From Flavobacteriales bacterium (GTDB lineage Bacteria; Bacteroidota; Bacteroidia; Flavobacteriales_D; CAJJDF01): 64,000 nt of DNA. The stretch covers positions 64,048 to 128,047 of the forward strand of contig CBFHZD010000002.1 of NCBI GenBank assembly GCA_965660305.1, read 5' to 3'. Below, piece after piece: positions 46,079 to 54,543 of this stretch. The notes below the pieces were generated by a model that searched no databases, was not told the origin of the DNA, and saw only the letters and a list, made by a program, of their open reading frames with translations. The translations under genes and the position numbers were made by a program. Numbering within the stretch: position 1 is the first letter of the stretch; the number at the start of each line of letters is the position of its first letter.

Positions 46079-46314
46079 TTTGCAAGCCAGAGAATGTTAA
46101 AAACTCAAAGTGATGTATTTCTTTTAGATTTAAAAGAGGAAAAACACCTGATTGGAAGATTAAAAAGAGTTCCTATTTAATTTGACTTCTTTCTTTTGTA
46201 ATGCTTTCTTGAATTAAGCTTTACCTCCTATTTTTTTCTCGAAAGGGTAGTTCTTAAAACTTTATATAATTAAAGTAAAGGATTGCTTATATTTAAACTT
46301 CCAAAATAAAAGAA

Positions 46315-47421
46315 ATGAAACTCCAAGAAATCACCAGAATTTTAGAACATATAGCACCACTTTCTTACCAGGAATCCTATGATAATTCGGGACTGCTAAC
46401 AGGAAATAATCAGCTAGAGGTTTCTAAGGTTTTACTTTGTTTAGATTGTATAGAATCTGTTGTGGACGAAGCAATTGAAAAAGGATGCGAATTAATAATA
46501 GCCCACCACCCGATAGTATTTAGTGGATTAAAAAAGCTAAACGGCAAAAACTTCATTGAGCGAGTTCTCATAAAAGCTATAAAAAACGACATAGCCATTT
46601 ATGCTTGCCACACCAATTTGGATAATGTCCTGAAAAGTGGAGTAAACCAAAAAATAGCGGAGAAATTAGGACTTGAAAACACTACAATTTTGTCACCCAA
46701 ACACAATTTGATGAGCAAATTGGTGGTGTATTGCCCAAGTGACAAACCTGAAACTGTAGTGCAAGTGCGAGAAAATTTATTTGCAAACGGAGCTGGTCAC
46801 ATCAGTGATTACTCCAATTGTAGCTTCAATAGCTCAGGCAAAGGAAGTTATTTGCCAGGAGAAAATACGAATCCAGCTTATGGAGAAAAAGGCAAAACTA
46901 ACTTTATGGACGAAACTAAAATAGAGGTTTTAGTAATGAATCAGGATGTAAATCGAATTGTAGCTGAGGTGAACAAAGTACATCCTTACGAGGAGGTTGC
47001 CTATGAAATCCTTCCTATTTCAAATCCAAATCAGCAAATTGGGTCGGGGATGATTGGAGAGCTGGAAAACGAAATGGACACCAAAGAGTTTTTATCATTT
47101 TTGAAAAGAGAAATGAAAACGGACTGTATTCGCTACACCAACATTCATAAAGAAAGAGTGAGAAAAATTGCTGTATGTGGTGGTTCAGGTAGTTTTTTGT
47201 TGAACGATGCAAAACGCCAGCAAGCCGATATTTTTATTACGGGTGATTATAAATATCATCAGTTCTTTGATGCCGAAAACGAGATCATTATTGCAGATAT
47301 CGGACATTACGAAAGTGAGCAATTTACTATTGATTTGTTTGAAGAAATTCTTAAACCTATTTCTCAACAAGTGAGTTTATTGAAAACCACTATCAATACA
47401 AATCCTGTTAATTATTTATAA
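46315..47421 (+). CDS. Nif3-like dinuclear metal centre protein (YbgI/YqfO family)
   Basis: 368 aa. DNSGLL, IIAHHPIVF and YACHTNLD motifs. An inserted middle domain and a C-terminal GHYESE. Confidence 0.9.
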   Translation: MKLQEITRILEHIAPLSYQESYDNSGLLTGNNQLEVSKVLLCLDCIESVVDEAIEKGCELIIAHHPIVFSGLKKLNGKNFIERVLIKAIKNDIAIYACHTNLDNVLKSGVNQKIAEKLGLENTTILSPKHNLMSKLVVYCPSDKPETVVQVRENLFANGAGHISDYSNCSFNSSGKGSYLPGENTNPAYGEKGKTNFMDETKIEVLVMNQDVNRIVAEVNKVHPYEEVAYEILPISNPNQQIGSGMIGELENEMDTKEFLSFLKREMKTDCIRYTNIHKERVRKIAVCGGSGSFLLNDAKRQQADIFITGDYKYHQFFDAENEIIIADIGHYESEQFTIDLFEEILKPISQQVSLLKTTINTNPVNYL

Positions 47422-47483
47422 AAACAAATAGATTCTAAAAATTTGGCATAAATCCTGTTGAGTAAATAAAAAGCCCCCCCAAT

Positions 47484-48437
47484 ATGATGCAATTCACAAA
47501 AGCTATAACAGTCTTCTCACTTATTACTCTTTCTATCGCTGGTTTTAGCCAAAGAAAAGTGTATCGAGCGGGCGAAACCACACCGTCAGCAGAGATTGCT
47601 CTGGACACCACAGATAAAAGGCCACAAAAAGTGAGGCAAACAGGGAATCGCGAGCAATTTTGCGATTGCAACAATGACTTGTCTTTTGATCCAACGACCA
47701 ACATTGCATTGAATAAAAATAAACCAGGAAATCCTCCGTTTACAGGAAAATGTGTTGCTTTCTTTCCAAACAAAAAACTAGAAATGCAGTTGTCTTTTCT
47801 GAATGGAAAAGAGGAGGGAACTTGGATATTCTTTTACGAATCGGGCGATCCCAAAATGATAAAAAATTATGCAGAAGGTAAGCCACATGGCACATGGACT
47901 GCTTTTGAGAAGGATTCTGCCGTGTTTTGGAAAAATAATTATCAATACGGAGTCAAGCACGGGAAACAATTCTATTATTTTTCAGGAGGAAAGTTAAAAA
48001 AAACGGAAGAGTATGTGGGCGGTGAAAAGAACGGTGTTTTTCAAGAGTTTTATTCAAATGGTGCTTTAAAAAGAACTGTTCATTATAAAAAGAATAAATT
48101 TGACGGGCTTTATCAAAAGTTTTTGAGAGATAGCACCTTGATTATTGAAAAGGAATACACGCAGGGTGAGATTGACGGAAAAGATCACTCCTATTTTGAT
48201 GACGGAAGTATAAGTTACAAGACCTTTTACAAAATGGGAATACCGGATGGAGAATGGATTTTCAATTTTGAATCAGGCGCACGGTACAAAGAGGAGTCTT
48301 ATAAAAAAGGAAAGAAAGAAGGGATTTGGAAAGAATACCACAACAACGAGGTATTAAAAAGTGAAATAGAATATAAAAAAGATCAAATAGTTACTGCCAA
48401 GTATTATGACAAGTTTGGAGAGCTAATTGAAAAATAG
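47484..48437 (+). CDS. Secreted MORN-variant repeat protein (YwqK-like repeats)
   Basis: Signal peptide, then about 9 repeats of the G.W..(F/Y)Y..G..k....Y..G..hG type. Confidence 0.8.
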   Translation: MMQFTKAITVFSLITLSIAGFSQRKVYRAGETTPSAEIALDTTDKRPQKVRQTGNREQFCDCNNDLSFDPTTNIALNKNKPGNPPFTGKCVAFFPNKKLEMQLSFLNGKEEGTWIFFYESGDPKMIKNYAEGKPHGTWTAFEKDSAVFWKNNYQYGVKHGKQFYYFSGGKLKKTEEYVGGEKNGVFQEFYSNGALKRTVHYKKNKFDGLYQKFLRDSTLIIEKEYTQGEIDGKDHSYFDDGSISYKTFYKMGIPDGEWIFNFESGARYKEESYKKGKKEGIWKEYHNNEVLKSEIEYKKDQIVTAKYYDKFGELIEK

Positions 48438-48449
48438 AAAAAACAAAGA

Positions 48450-50051
48450 ATGAAGAAAGTTATACTATTCGTTGCTGCGATTTTTATGTCCTACTCCATA
48501 GGAGTCTCGCAAGTGGAAACCGACAGAAATAAAACCACCTACAAAGTAGCTAAGCTGATAGATATCATCGAGCAACTCTACGTAGACTCAGTGAATTCTC
48601 CAGAACTAGTGGATGAAGCAATAAAAGCAATGCTCGAAAAGCTTGATCCGCACTCGGCTTATATCCCAGCCAAAAATGTGGAAGCTGTTGAAGCCCCACT
48701 CAAAGGAAATTTTGAAGGTGTTGGAGTTCGGTTCCAAATATTAAATGACACCTTATTGGTCGTTCAAGCAATTCCAGGAGGACCTTCAGCTAAAGTTGGA
48801 GTTTCGGCAGGCGATCAAGTCATAAAAATAGACGAAGAATTAGTCGCTGGAACTGGTTTGCAAAACTCTGGAGTGAGAAAAAGATTACTTGGAAAGAAGG
48901 GTACAAAAGTAGTCATGACCATAAAAAGAAGTGGAGAAGATGAGTTGATAGAATTTGAAATTACCCGAGATAAAATACCAATCCACAGTGTAGACGCTGC
49001 CTATATGATTAATGACGAGATTGGCTACATTAAACTCAACGCTTTTGCTAAAACAACACAAGCAGAGATACAAAAGGCTCTTGGTAAGTTGAAGCAACAG
49101 GGAATGGAGTCATTAATTTTAGATTTACAAAATAATGGTGGAGGTTACCTAGACCAAGCATTTAAATTAGCTGACGAGTTTCTTCCGAAGAAAAAAATGA
49201 TTGTTTACACAGAAGGGAGAAGCTATCCTAAAAAAGATTTTTTATCGACACAAAGAGGACTTTTTCAAAAAGGAAAGCTGGTCGTTTTGGTAAATGAAAG
49301 TACCGCCTCTGCTAGCGAAATTGTATCGGGAGCGGTTCAAGATTGGGACCGAGGTGCAATTGTGGGAAGAAGAACTTTTGGAAAAGGTTTGGTACAACGC
49401 CCAATACCTCTTACGGATGGAAGTAAAGTAAGAATTACTACTCAACGTTATTACACCCCATCAGGACGTTGTATTCAAAAATCCTACGAAGACGGAACCA
49501 AAGCTTACAGAAAAGAAAAATACCAACGATACTTGAACGGTGAATCGTTCTCAAAAGACAGTATAAAAATACCAGATTCCTTGGTTTTTAAGACTTTGGA
49601 GAAAGGACGAGAGGTTTATGCTGGAGGAGGAATTATTCCAGATGTATTCGTTCCTGTTGACACTACGGGCACATCGCCTTATTTTTTGAGCTTGGTACGT
49701 AAGGGAATTATGAATCGGTTTGCATTGGAGTATGTAAATCAAAACAGAGACTGGTTGGATAGTAATTATTCCGATTTTCAGCATTTTAAATCAGATTTTG
49801 AGATAGATAGTGCTTTGTCTCAAATGATTGAATATGCAGAAGCAAAAAAACTAGAGTTTGATCAAGAACAGTTTGACGAGGCAAAGGAGGCGACAACTAT
49901 CAGGTTGAAAGCATTAATTGCTCAAAACTACTGGGGATTTAGCGAATTTTACGAAATCTTTAATGAATTGAATCCGACATACAAAAAAGGGATTTCTCTG
50001 CTTAAAGACAAGCGCGAATATAAGAACCTTGATTTGTCAAAAATGTACTAG
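48450..50051 (+). CDS. S41 family C-terminal processing peptidase with a PDZ domain
   Basis: 533 aa. PDZ segment (GGPSAKVGVSAGDQVIKID), LILDLQNNGGG, a catalytic Ser region NESTASASEI and RTFGKGLVQ. Confidence 0.92.
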   Translation: MKKVILFVAAIFMSYSIGVSQVETDRNKTTYKVAKLIDIIEQLYVDSVNSPELVDEAIKAMLEKLDPHSAYIPAKNVEAVEAPLKGNFEGVGVRFQILNDTLLVVQAIPGGPSAKVGVSAGDQVIKIDEELVAGTGLQNSGVRKRLLGKKGTKVVMTIKRSGEDELIEFEITRDKIPIHSVDAAYMINDEIGYIKLNAFAKTTQAEIQKALGKLKQQGMESLILDLQNNGGGYLDQAFKLADEFLPKKKMIVYTEGRSYPKKDFLSTQRGLFQKGKLVVLVNESTASASEIVSGAVQDWDRGAIVGRRTFGKGLVQRPIPLTDGSKVRITTQRYYTPSGRCIQKSYEDGTKAYRKEKYQRYLNGESFSKDSIKIPDSLVFKTLEKGREVYAGGGIIPDVFVPVDTTGTSPYFLSLVRKGIMNRFALEYVNQNRDWLDSNYSDFQHFKSDFEIDSALSQMIEYAEAKKLEFDQEQFDEAKEATTIRLKALIAQNYWGFSEFYEIFNELNPTYKKGISLLKDKREYKNLDLSKMY

Positions 50052-50060
50052 AAAATAGCG

Positions 50061-50092
50061 TTGCAATCTTGAAATAACTTTTTTTATATTTG
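50061..50092 (+). promoter_or_regulatory. Putative promoter, TTG-N21-TATATTTG, for the DUF1573 gene
   Basis: A -33-like TTG at 50061..50063 and an exact TAnnTTTG at 50085..50092. The ATG is at 50118. Confidence 0.45.
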
Positions 50093-50117
50093 TACATCAA
50101 AAAAACTTTGAAGAACT

Positions 50118-50669
50118 ATGAAAAACAATAACTTATTGATTGGTGCATTAGCCATTATTGGAGCGCTTACTTTATTTAACACCTACAAGGTGATGACAAA
50201 CGATGGAGGTAGAACGATAGCTCCACCAACACCAACTGCTGCAATGCAGCCCAACAACCAAGGGGCAAATTTCCCAAGCACTTTGCCACAAAATCAAGCT
50301 CAACCTGGTCAGCAGCCAGCAGTAAAGCAGCCAACTAAACCAGCGTTGCCTGCAACGTCCATCAACTTCAAGGAACCAAAGAAGAATTTTGGAAAGGTAT
50401 TAGCTTCTTCTACCAACAAACATACTTTTGTGTTTACAAACACTGGAACTGAGCCATTGGTAATTTCTAATGCCAAAGGATCTTGCGGTTGTACAGTACC
50501 AAAATGGCCAAAAGAACCAATTGCTCCAGGAGAAACGGGCGAAATTAGCGTAGAGTACAAGCCAGCAGGACAATCCGGTGTACAAACAAAATTTGTAACG
50601 ATTACGGCAAATACAAACCCAGCTACTACCCAGCTTACAATTACGGGAGATATTCAGCCAGCAAGCTAA
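50118..50669 (+). CDS. DUF1573 domain protein with an N-terminal membrane anchor and a P/Q-rich linker
   Basis: FVFTNTGTEPLVISNAKGSCGCTVPKWPKEPIAPGETGEISVEY is the DUF1573 signature. Confidence 0.85.
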   Translation: MKNNNLLIGALAIIGALTLFNTYKVMTNDGGRTIAPPTPTAAMQPNNQGANFPSTLPQNQAQPGQQPAVKQPTKPALPATSINFKEPKKNFGKVLASSTNKHTFVFTNTGTEPLVISNAKGSCGCTVPKWPKEPIAPGETGEISVEYKPAGQSGVQTKFVTITANTNPATTQLTITGDIQPAS

Positions 50670-50700
50670 AACTAGAAAGATTTAATCCATATTTTTTAAA

Positions 50701-50731
50701 ACTCGATACTGTAAAGGTGTCGAGTTTTTTT
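50701..50731 (+). terminator. Rho-independent terminator after the DUF1573 gene
   Basis: 9-bp stem ACTCGATAC/GTGTCGAGT (one G-U) with a 7-nt loop, followed by T6. Confidence 0.65.
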
Positions 50732-51073
50732 GTTTTATAGGGAAGGGTTAGGGTTTTAGAAGTTGCCCAACTGAATATCGCTTTATGAATAATCCCCAAT
50801 CCTTTACCGAAATATGTAACCATTACGGTAAAATGGTGTACAACATTTCTCTTTATTAATTTTTCTTTTTCTAAGTTGGTATAATTTTAGCTTTGAATTA
50901 GGTTACGGGGTTAAACGAAAAAACAGTAGAGATATTTAAATCTTCCAGTTTTTTAAACTCCGGAACATTTGGGTTAATACCCAAACTCATTATTATACAA
51001 CAATTAACATTTTTTTAGTGGAGATACTCCTCTGAAAACCTTATTTTTAAGGATTAAGCCGAAAAACAATTTT

Positions 51074-52243
51074 ATGACCAAGATATTAGTAGTTGACGAT
51101 GAAAGACCGATTCGAAGTGTGCTTCGAGAAATACTAGAAAACGAAAAGTACAAAGTAGATGATGCAGAAAATGGCAAAATAGGTTTTGACCTAGCCTCTA
51201 AAAACAATTACGATGTGATATTGTGCGACATCAAAATGCCTGAAATGGATGGAGTTGAGGTGCTAGAAAAATTGCAAGAAAAGGGAATTGATACTCCGGT
51301 AATCATGATTTCGGGTCATGGAACGATTGATACAGCGGTAGATTGTTTGCAAAAAGGAGCTTATGATTTTATTCAAAAGCCGTTGGATTTAAATAGAACT
51401 TTAGTCAGTATTAGAAATGCTTTTGAAAGAAGCGATTTGGTTGAAGAAACCAAAGTGCTCAAGAGAAAAATCCACAAAGGAAAAACCACTGAGATTATTG
51501 GTGAATCCAAAGCGATAAAGGACATCAAGGAAATGATAGCAAAAGTAGCCCCGTCAGATGCACGAGTTCTGATTACTGGCGGAAATGGAAGTGGAAAAGA
51601 ATTGGTGGCTAGGCAACTACACGAACAAAGCGGAAGAGCAAAAGCTCCGTTTATTGAAGTAAACTGTGCTGCGATTCCGGCTGAATTAATAGAAAGCGAG
51701 TTGTTTGGACACGAAAAAGGAGCGTTTACTTCGGCAATTAAACAACGAAAAGGGAAGTTTGAGCAAGCCGAGGGCGGAACCATTTTTTTGGATGAGATAG
51801 GCGATATGAGTTTGCCCGCTCAAGCAAAAGTGCTGAGAGCATTGCAAGAACATAAAATCACAAGAGTAGGTGGTGACAAAGACATCAAAGTGAATGTGCG
51901 TGTATTAGCTGCTACCAACAAAAATTTGAAAGAAGAAATAGCTGAGAAGAAATTTCGCGAAGATTTATACCATAGATTGGCAGTTATTCTAATTCATGTT
52001 CCTTCGTTGAACGAAAGAAAAGATGATATCCCGCTACTAGCGGAACATTTCTTGGGAATAATATGCGAAGAGCAGTCTATTCCAAAAAAATCCTTTTCCA
52101 AAGAAGCATTGCAGGAAATGAAGAAAATTGACTGGACCGGAAACATCAGAGAATTAAGAAATATTGTGGAACGATTGGTCATTTTATGCGGAAACGAAAT
52201 TCAGGGGAATGAGATTAAATTATATGCAAACCCTACGAAATAG
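51074..52243 (+). CDS. Sigma-54-dependent response regulator (REC + AAA+ activator) without a recognisable C-terminal HTH
   Basis: REC domain (ILVVDDE..., phosphoacceptor in ILCDIKMPEMDG). AAA+ motifs GGNGSGKE, GAFTSA (a GAFTGA variant) and IFLDEIGD. The protein ends about 30 aa after the sensor-II region. Confidence 0.88.
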   Translation: MTKILVVDDERPIRSVLREILENEKYKVDDAENGKIGFDLASKNNYDVILCDIKMPEMDGVEVLEKLQEKGIDTPVIMISGHGTIDTAVDCLQKGAYDFIQKPLDLNRTLVSIRNAFERSDLVEETKVLKRKIHKGKTTEIIGESKAIKDIKEMIAKVAPSDARVLITGGNGSGKELVARQLHEQSGRAKAPFIEVNCAAIPAELIESELFGHEKGAFTSAIKQRKGKFEQAEGGTIFLDEIGDMSLPAQAKVLRALQEHKITRVGGDKDIKVNVRVLAATNKNLKEEIAEKKFREDLYHRLAVILIHVPSLNERKDDIPLLAEHFLGIICEEQSIPKKSFSKEALQEMKKIDWTGNIRELRNIVERLVILCGNEIQGNEIKLYANPTK

Positions 52244-52295
52244 ATGAGCTAAACCCGGAAGGTTGGATGAAATAGTTTAGCTATGGACGGTCCTT

Positions 52296-52322
52296 CTAAC
52301 AGGTGTTTTTTCTCCTGTTAGG
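52296..52322. repeat. CTAACAGG-N10-CCTGTTAG hairpin (copy 3 of 4)
   Basis: 8-9-bp stem with loop TGTTTTTTCT, 50 nt downstream of the response regulator stop. Confidence 0.65.
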
Positions 52323-52415
52323 TTTGAAATAAAAGTTAGGCGTTACAACATAGATTTTGCTTCAACCAAATGAATAGTTGCTAAAAAAACATTACGTTAC
52401 AAGCGTGACAGCAAA

Positions 52416-52441
52416 CCTAACAGGAAGAAAGACCTGTTAGG
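52416..52441. repeat. CCTAACAGG-N8-CCTGTTAGG hairpin (copy 4 of 4, loop inverted relative to copy 3)
   Basis: Perfect 9-bp stem with loop AAGAAAGA, roughly the reverse complement of the T-rich loops of the other copies. Confidence 0.65.
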
Positions 52442-52546
52442 ATATGAATAGAAAAGAACAGCATAGAGTGAAAAAATCTCGTACTTTTGAATAACAAACT
52501 CAATAGGTTTTAAAAACCTTCCAGGTCTGAGAAATAAAACAACTAC

Positions 52547-54481
52547 ATGAATAAACAAAAACCATACTGCAACAGTACCACTCATTATTCTCGAATGACA
52601 ACGAGAGAGGTAAAAGTGGGAGAAGTAGGAATTGGAGGAGACAACCCGATTCGGGTTCAATCGATGACTACTGCTGATACGATGAACACCGAAAAATCGG
52701 TAGAAGAAACCATTAGCTTGGCAAAAGTAGGTTCTGAACTTGTGAGGCTAACAGCCCCAAGTAAAAAAGACGCTGAAAACTTACGCGAAATAAAGAGATT
52801 GGTGCGAGAAGCAGGTTACACTGTTCCTTTGGTGGCAGACATTCACTTTACTCCCAATGCAGCTGAGGTGGCTGCAGGAATTGTTGAAAAAGTGAGAGTA
52901 AACCCGGGGAATTATGCAGATAAAAAACAATTCAACGAATACGAATATACCGATGAAACTTACAAAGAAGAACTAGAAAGAATCAGAAGTAAATTTACGC
53001 CACTTGTATTGTTATGTAAAGAGAATGGGGTGGCCATGAGAATTGGAACCAACCACGGTTCTTTGTCAGATAGAATTTTGAGCAGATATGGAGATACGCC
53101 TCTTGGAATGGTGGAATCTGCCATGGAGTTTATCCGAATTTGTAGGGACAACGATTACCACGATTTGGTGCTTTCGATGAAAGCGAGTAATCCAAAGGTA
53201 ATGGTTCAGGCATATCGAATGTTGGTGGCTACCATGCTGGAGCAAGGGATGAGCTATCCGCTTCATTTGGGTGTAACCGAAGCAGGAGAGGCAGAGGAAG
53301 GAAGAATAAAATCAGCCGTAGGAATCGGGGCTTTGTTAGAAGACGGAATCGGAGATACGATTCGTGTTTCGCTTACGGAAAAAGCAGAAGCAGAAATTCC
53401 CGTGGCTCAAAAATTAGTGGCGAGATATGAAAATAGAGCCAAGCACAAAGATTTTCCATTGGTGTTTCCAAATTACATCAATCCCTTTGAATACTCACAC
53501 AGAGAAACCAATAAAGTGATGAATATTGGAGGAGGAAATGTGCCCGTTGTTATGGCCGACTTTTCATTAAAAAATGAGGTAAAACCAGCTAATTTATTTG
53601 CCTTGGGTTACAATTATTCAGTGCAATTGGACAAATGGAATTTAACGGATCAGGCATGTGATTACATCTTTTTGAATAAAAACACGATTGATTTTGAAAT
53701 CCCAGGAACATTGGGGTTGGTTTATGAATATGAAACCTGGAAAACCCAGCAAGACAAGCCTCGTTCGTATCCTTTTATAGATGCCAAACTGTATCAAACT
53801 GATTGTGAAAAGCATCCCCACTTGAACTTTATTTATACGTTGCTGGAGGATTTAACCGAGGAATTTGCAGCTCAAATTAAACGAGATGTTACGGCTGTGT
53901 TAGTAATCGACACCTACAATGATCACGGAATGGCAGAGCAACGACAAATCTTTAATGGATTGGCTCACTACGGTTGTAAAACTCCGGTTGTGGTAGGTCG
54001 AGCTTACAAAGATTTGGATAATGAAAGCCTACAAGTAGATGCAGGAACCGACATGGGCGCATTGTTTGTAGATGGATTGGGAGATGGAATTTTTATCGCT
54101 GCAGAAAATTGTGGAGGAGATAAATTTGTAAATGAAGTAGGATTTGGAATTTTGCAAGCTACCCGAACTCGAATTTCCAAAACTGAATATATTTCATGTC
54201 CTTCTTGCGGAAGAACCTTATTTGACTTACAAGAAACCACCGCAAAAATAAGAGCTAAAACGAGTCACTTGAAAGGACTGAAAATTGGAATTATGGGTTG
54301 TATTGTAAATGGACCTGGCGAAATGGCAGATGCAGATTACGGCTACGTAGGAACTGGAAAAGGAAAAATCACTTTGTACAAAGAAAAATCGGTAGTGAAG
54401 AAGAACATTCCTGAAGATGATGCTTTAGATGAGCTGATTGGATTGATAAAAGAATATGGCGATTGGGTGGACGTGAAGTAA
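52547..54481 (+). CDS. ispG: 4-hydroxy-3-methylbut-2-en-1-yl diphosphate synthase IspG, long form with an inserted domain
   Basis: 644 aa. N-terminal TIM-barrel motifs (IRVQSMT, VRLTAP, RVNPGN, IGTNHGSL). A large insert. The C-terminal 4Fe-4S motif SCPSCGRT ... GCIVNGPGE. Confidence 0.95.
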   Translation: MNKQKPYCNSTTHYSRMTTREVKVGEVGIGGDNPIRVQSMTTADTMNTEKSVEETISLAKVGSELVRLTAPSKKDAENLREIKRLVREAGYTVPLVADIHFTPNAAEVAAGIVEKVRVNPGNYADKKQFNEYEYTDETYKEELERIRSKFTPLVLLCKENGVAMRIGTNHGSLSDRILSRYGDTPLGMVESAMEFIRICRDNDYHDLVLSMKASNPKVMVQAYRMLVATMLEQGMSYPLHLGVTEAGEAEEGRIKSAVGIGALLEDGIGDTIRVSLTEKAEAEIPVAQKLVARYENRAKHKDFPLVFPNYINPFEYSHRETNKVMNIGGGNVPVVMADFSLKNEVKPANLFALGYNYSVQLDKWNLTDQACDYIFLNKNTIDFEIPGTLGLVYEYETWKTQQDKPRSYPFIDAKLYQTDCEKHPHLNFIYTLLEDLTEEFAAQIKRDVTAVLVIDTYNDHGMAEQRQIFNGLAHYGCKTPVVVGRAYKDLDNESLQVDAGTDMGALFVDGLGDGIFIAAENCGGDKFVNEVGFGILQATRTRISKTEYISCPSCGRTLFDLQETTAKIRAKTSHLKGLKIGIMGCIVNGPGEMADADYGYVGTGKGKITLYKEKSVVKKNIPEDDALDELIGLIKEYGDWVDVK

Positions 54482-54543
54482 AAGCTCTATTCTAAGCAAC
54501 TCTTTCTGACCAACTTCCGTTTAAAGTTTAAGGAGACAATACC

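Noticed and set aside
45765-46085. 106-aa minus-strand ORF
   Set aside because: It runs across the right long direct repeat, the orphan dut fragment and a palindromic hairpin, and it overlaps the parD start. The translation has no recognisable features. It is most likely spurious.
44253-46314. Integrative element with an integrase at the dut locus
   Set aside because: The direct repeats resemble attL/attR, but no integrase, recombinase or transposase ORF exists between or next to them. I therefore do not call a mobile element feature, only repeats plus a TA cassette.
50877-50885. Perfect extended -10 element TGGTATAAT
   Set aside because: The primary sigma factor of Bacteroidota recognises TAnnTTTG rather than TATAAT, and in AT-rich DNA such a 9-mer can occur by chance. 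It is mentioned only inside the leader-region finding.
52397-52660. 87-aa minus-strand ORF upstream of and overlapping ispG
   Set aside because: It overlaps the ispG 5' end on the opposite strand and includes a REP-like hairpin. It has no homology features.
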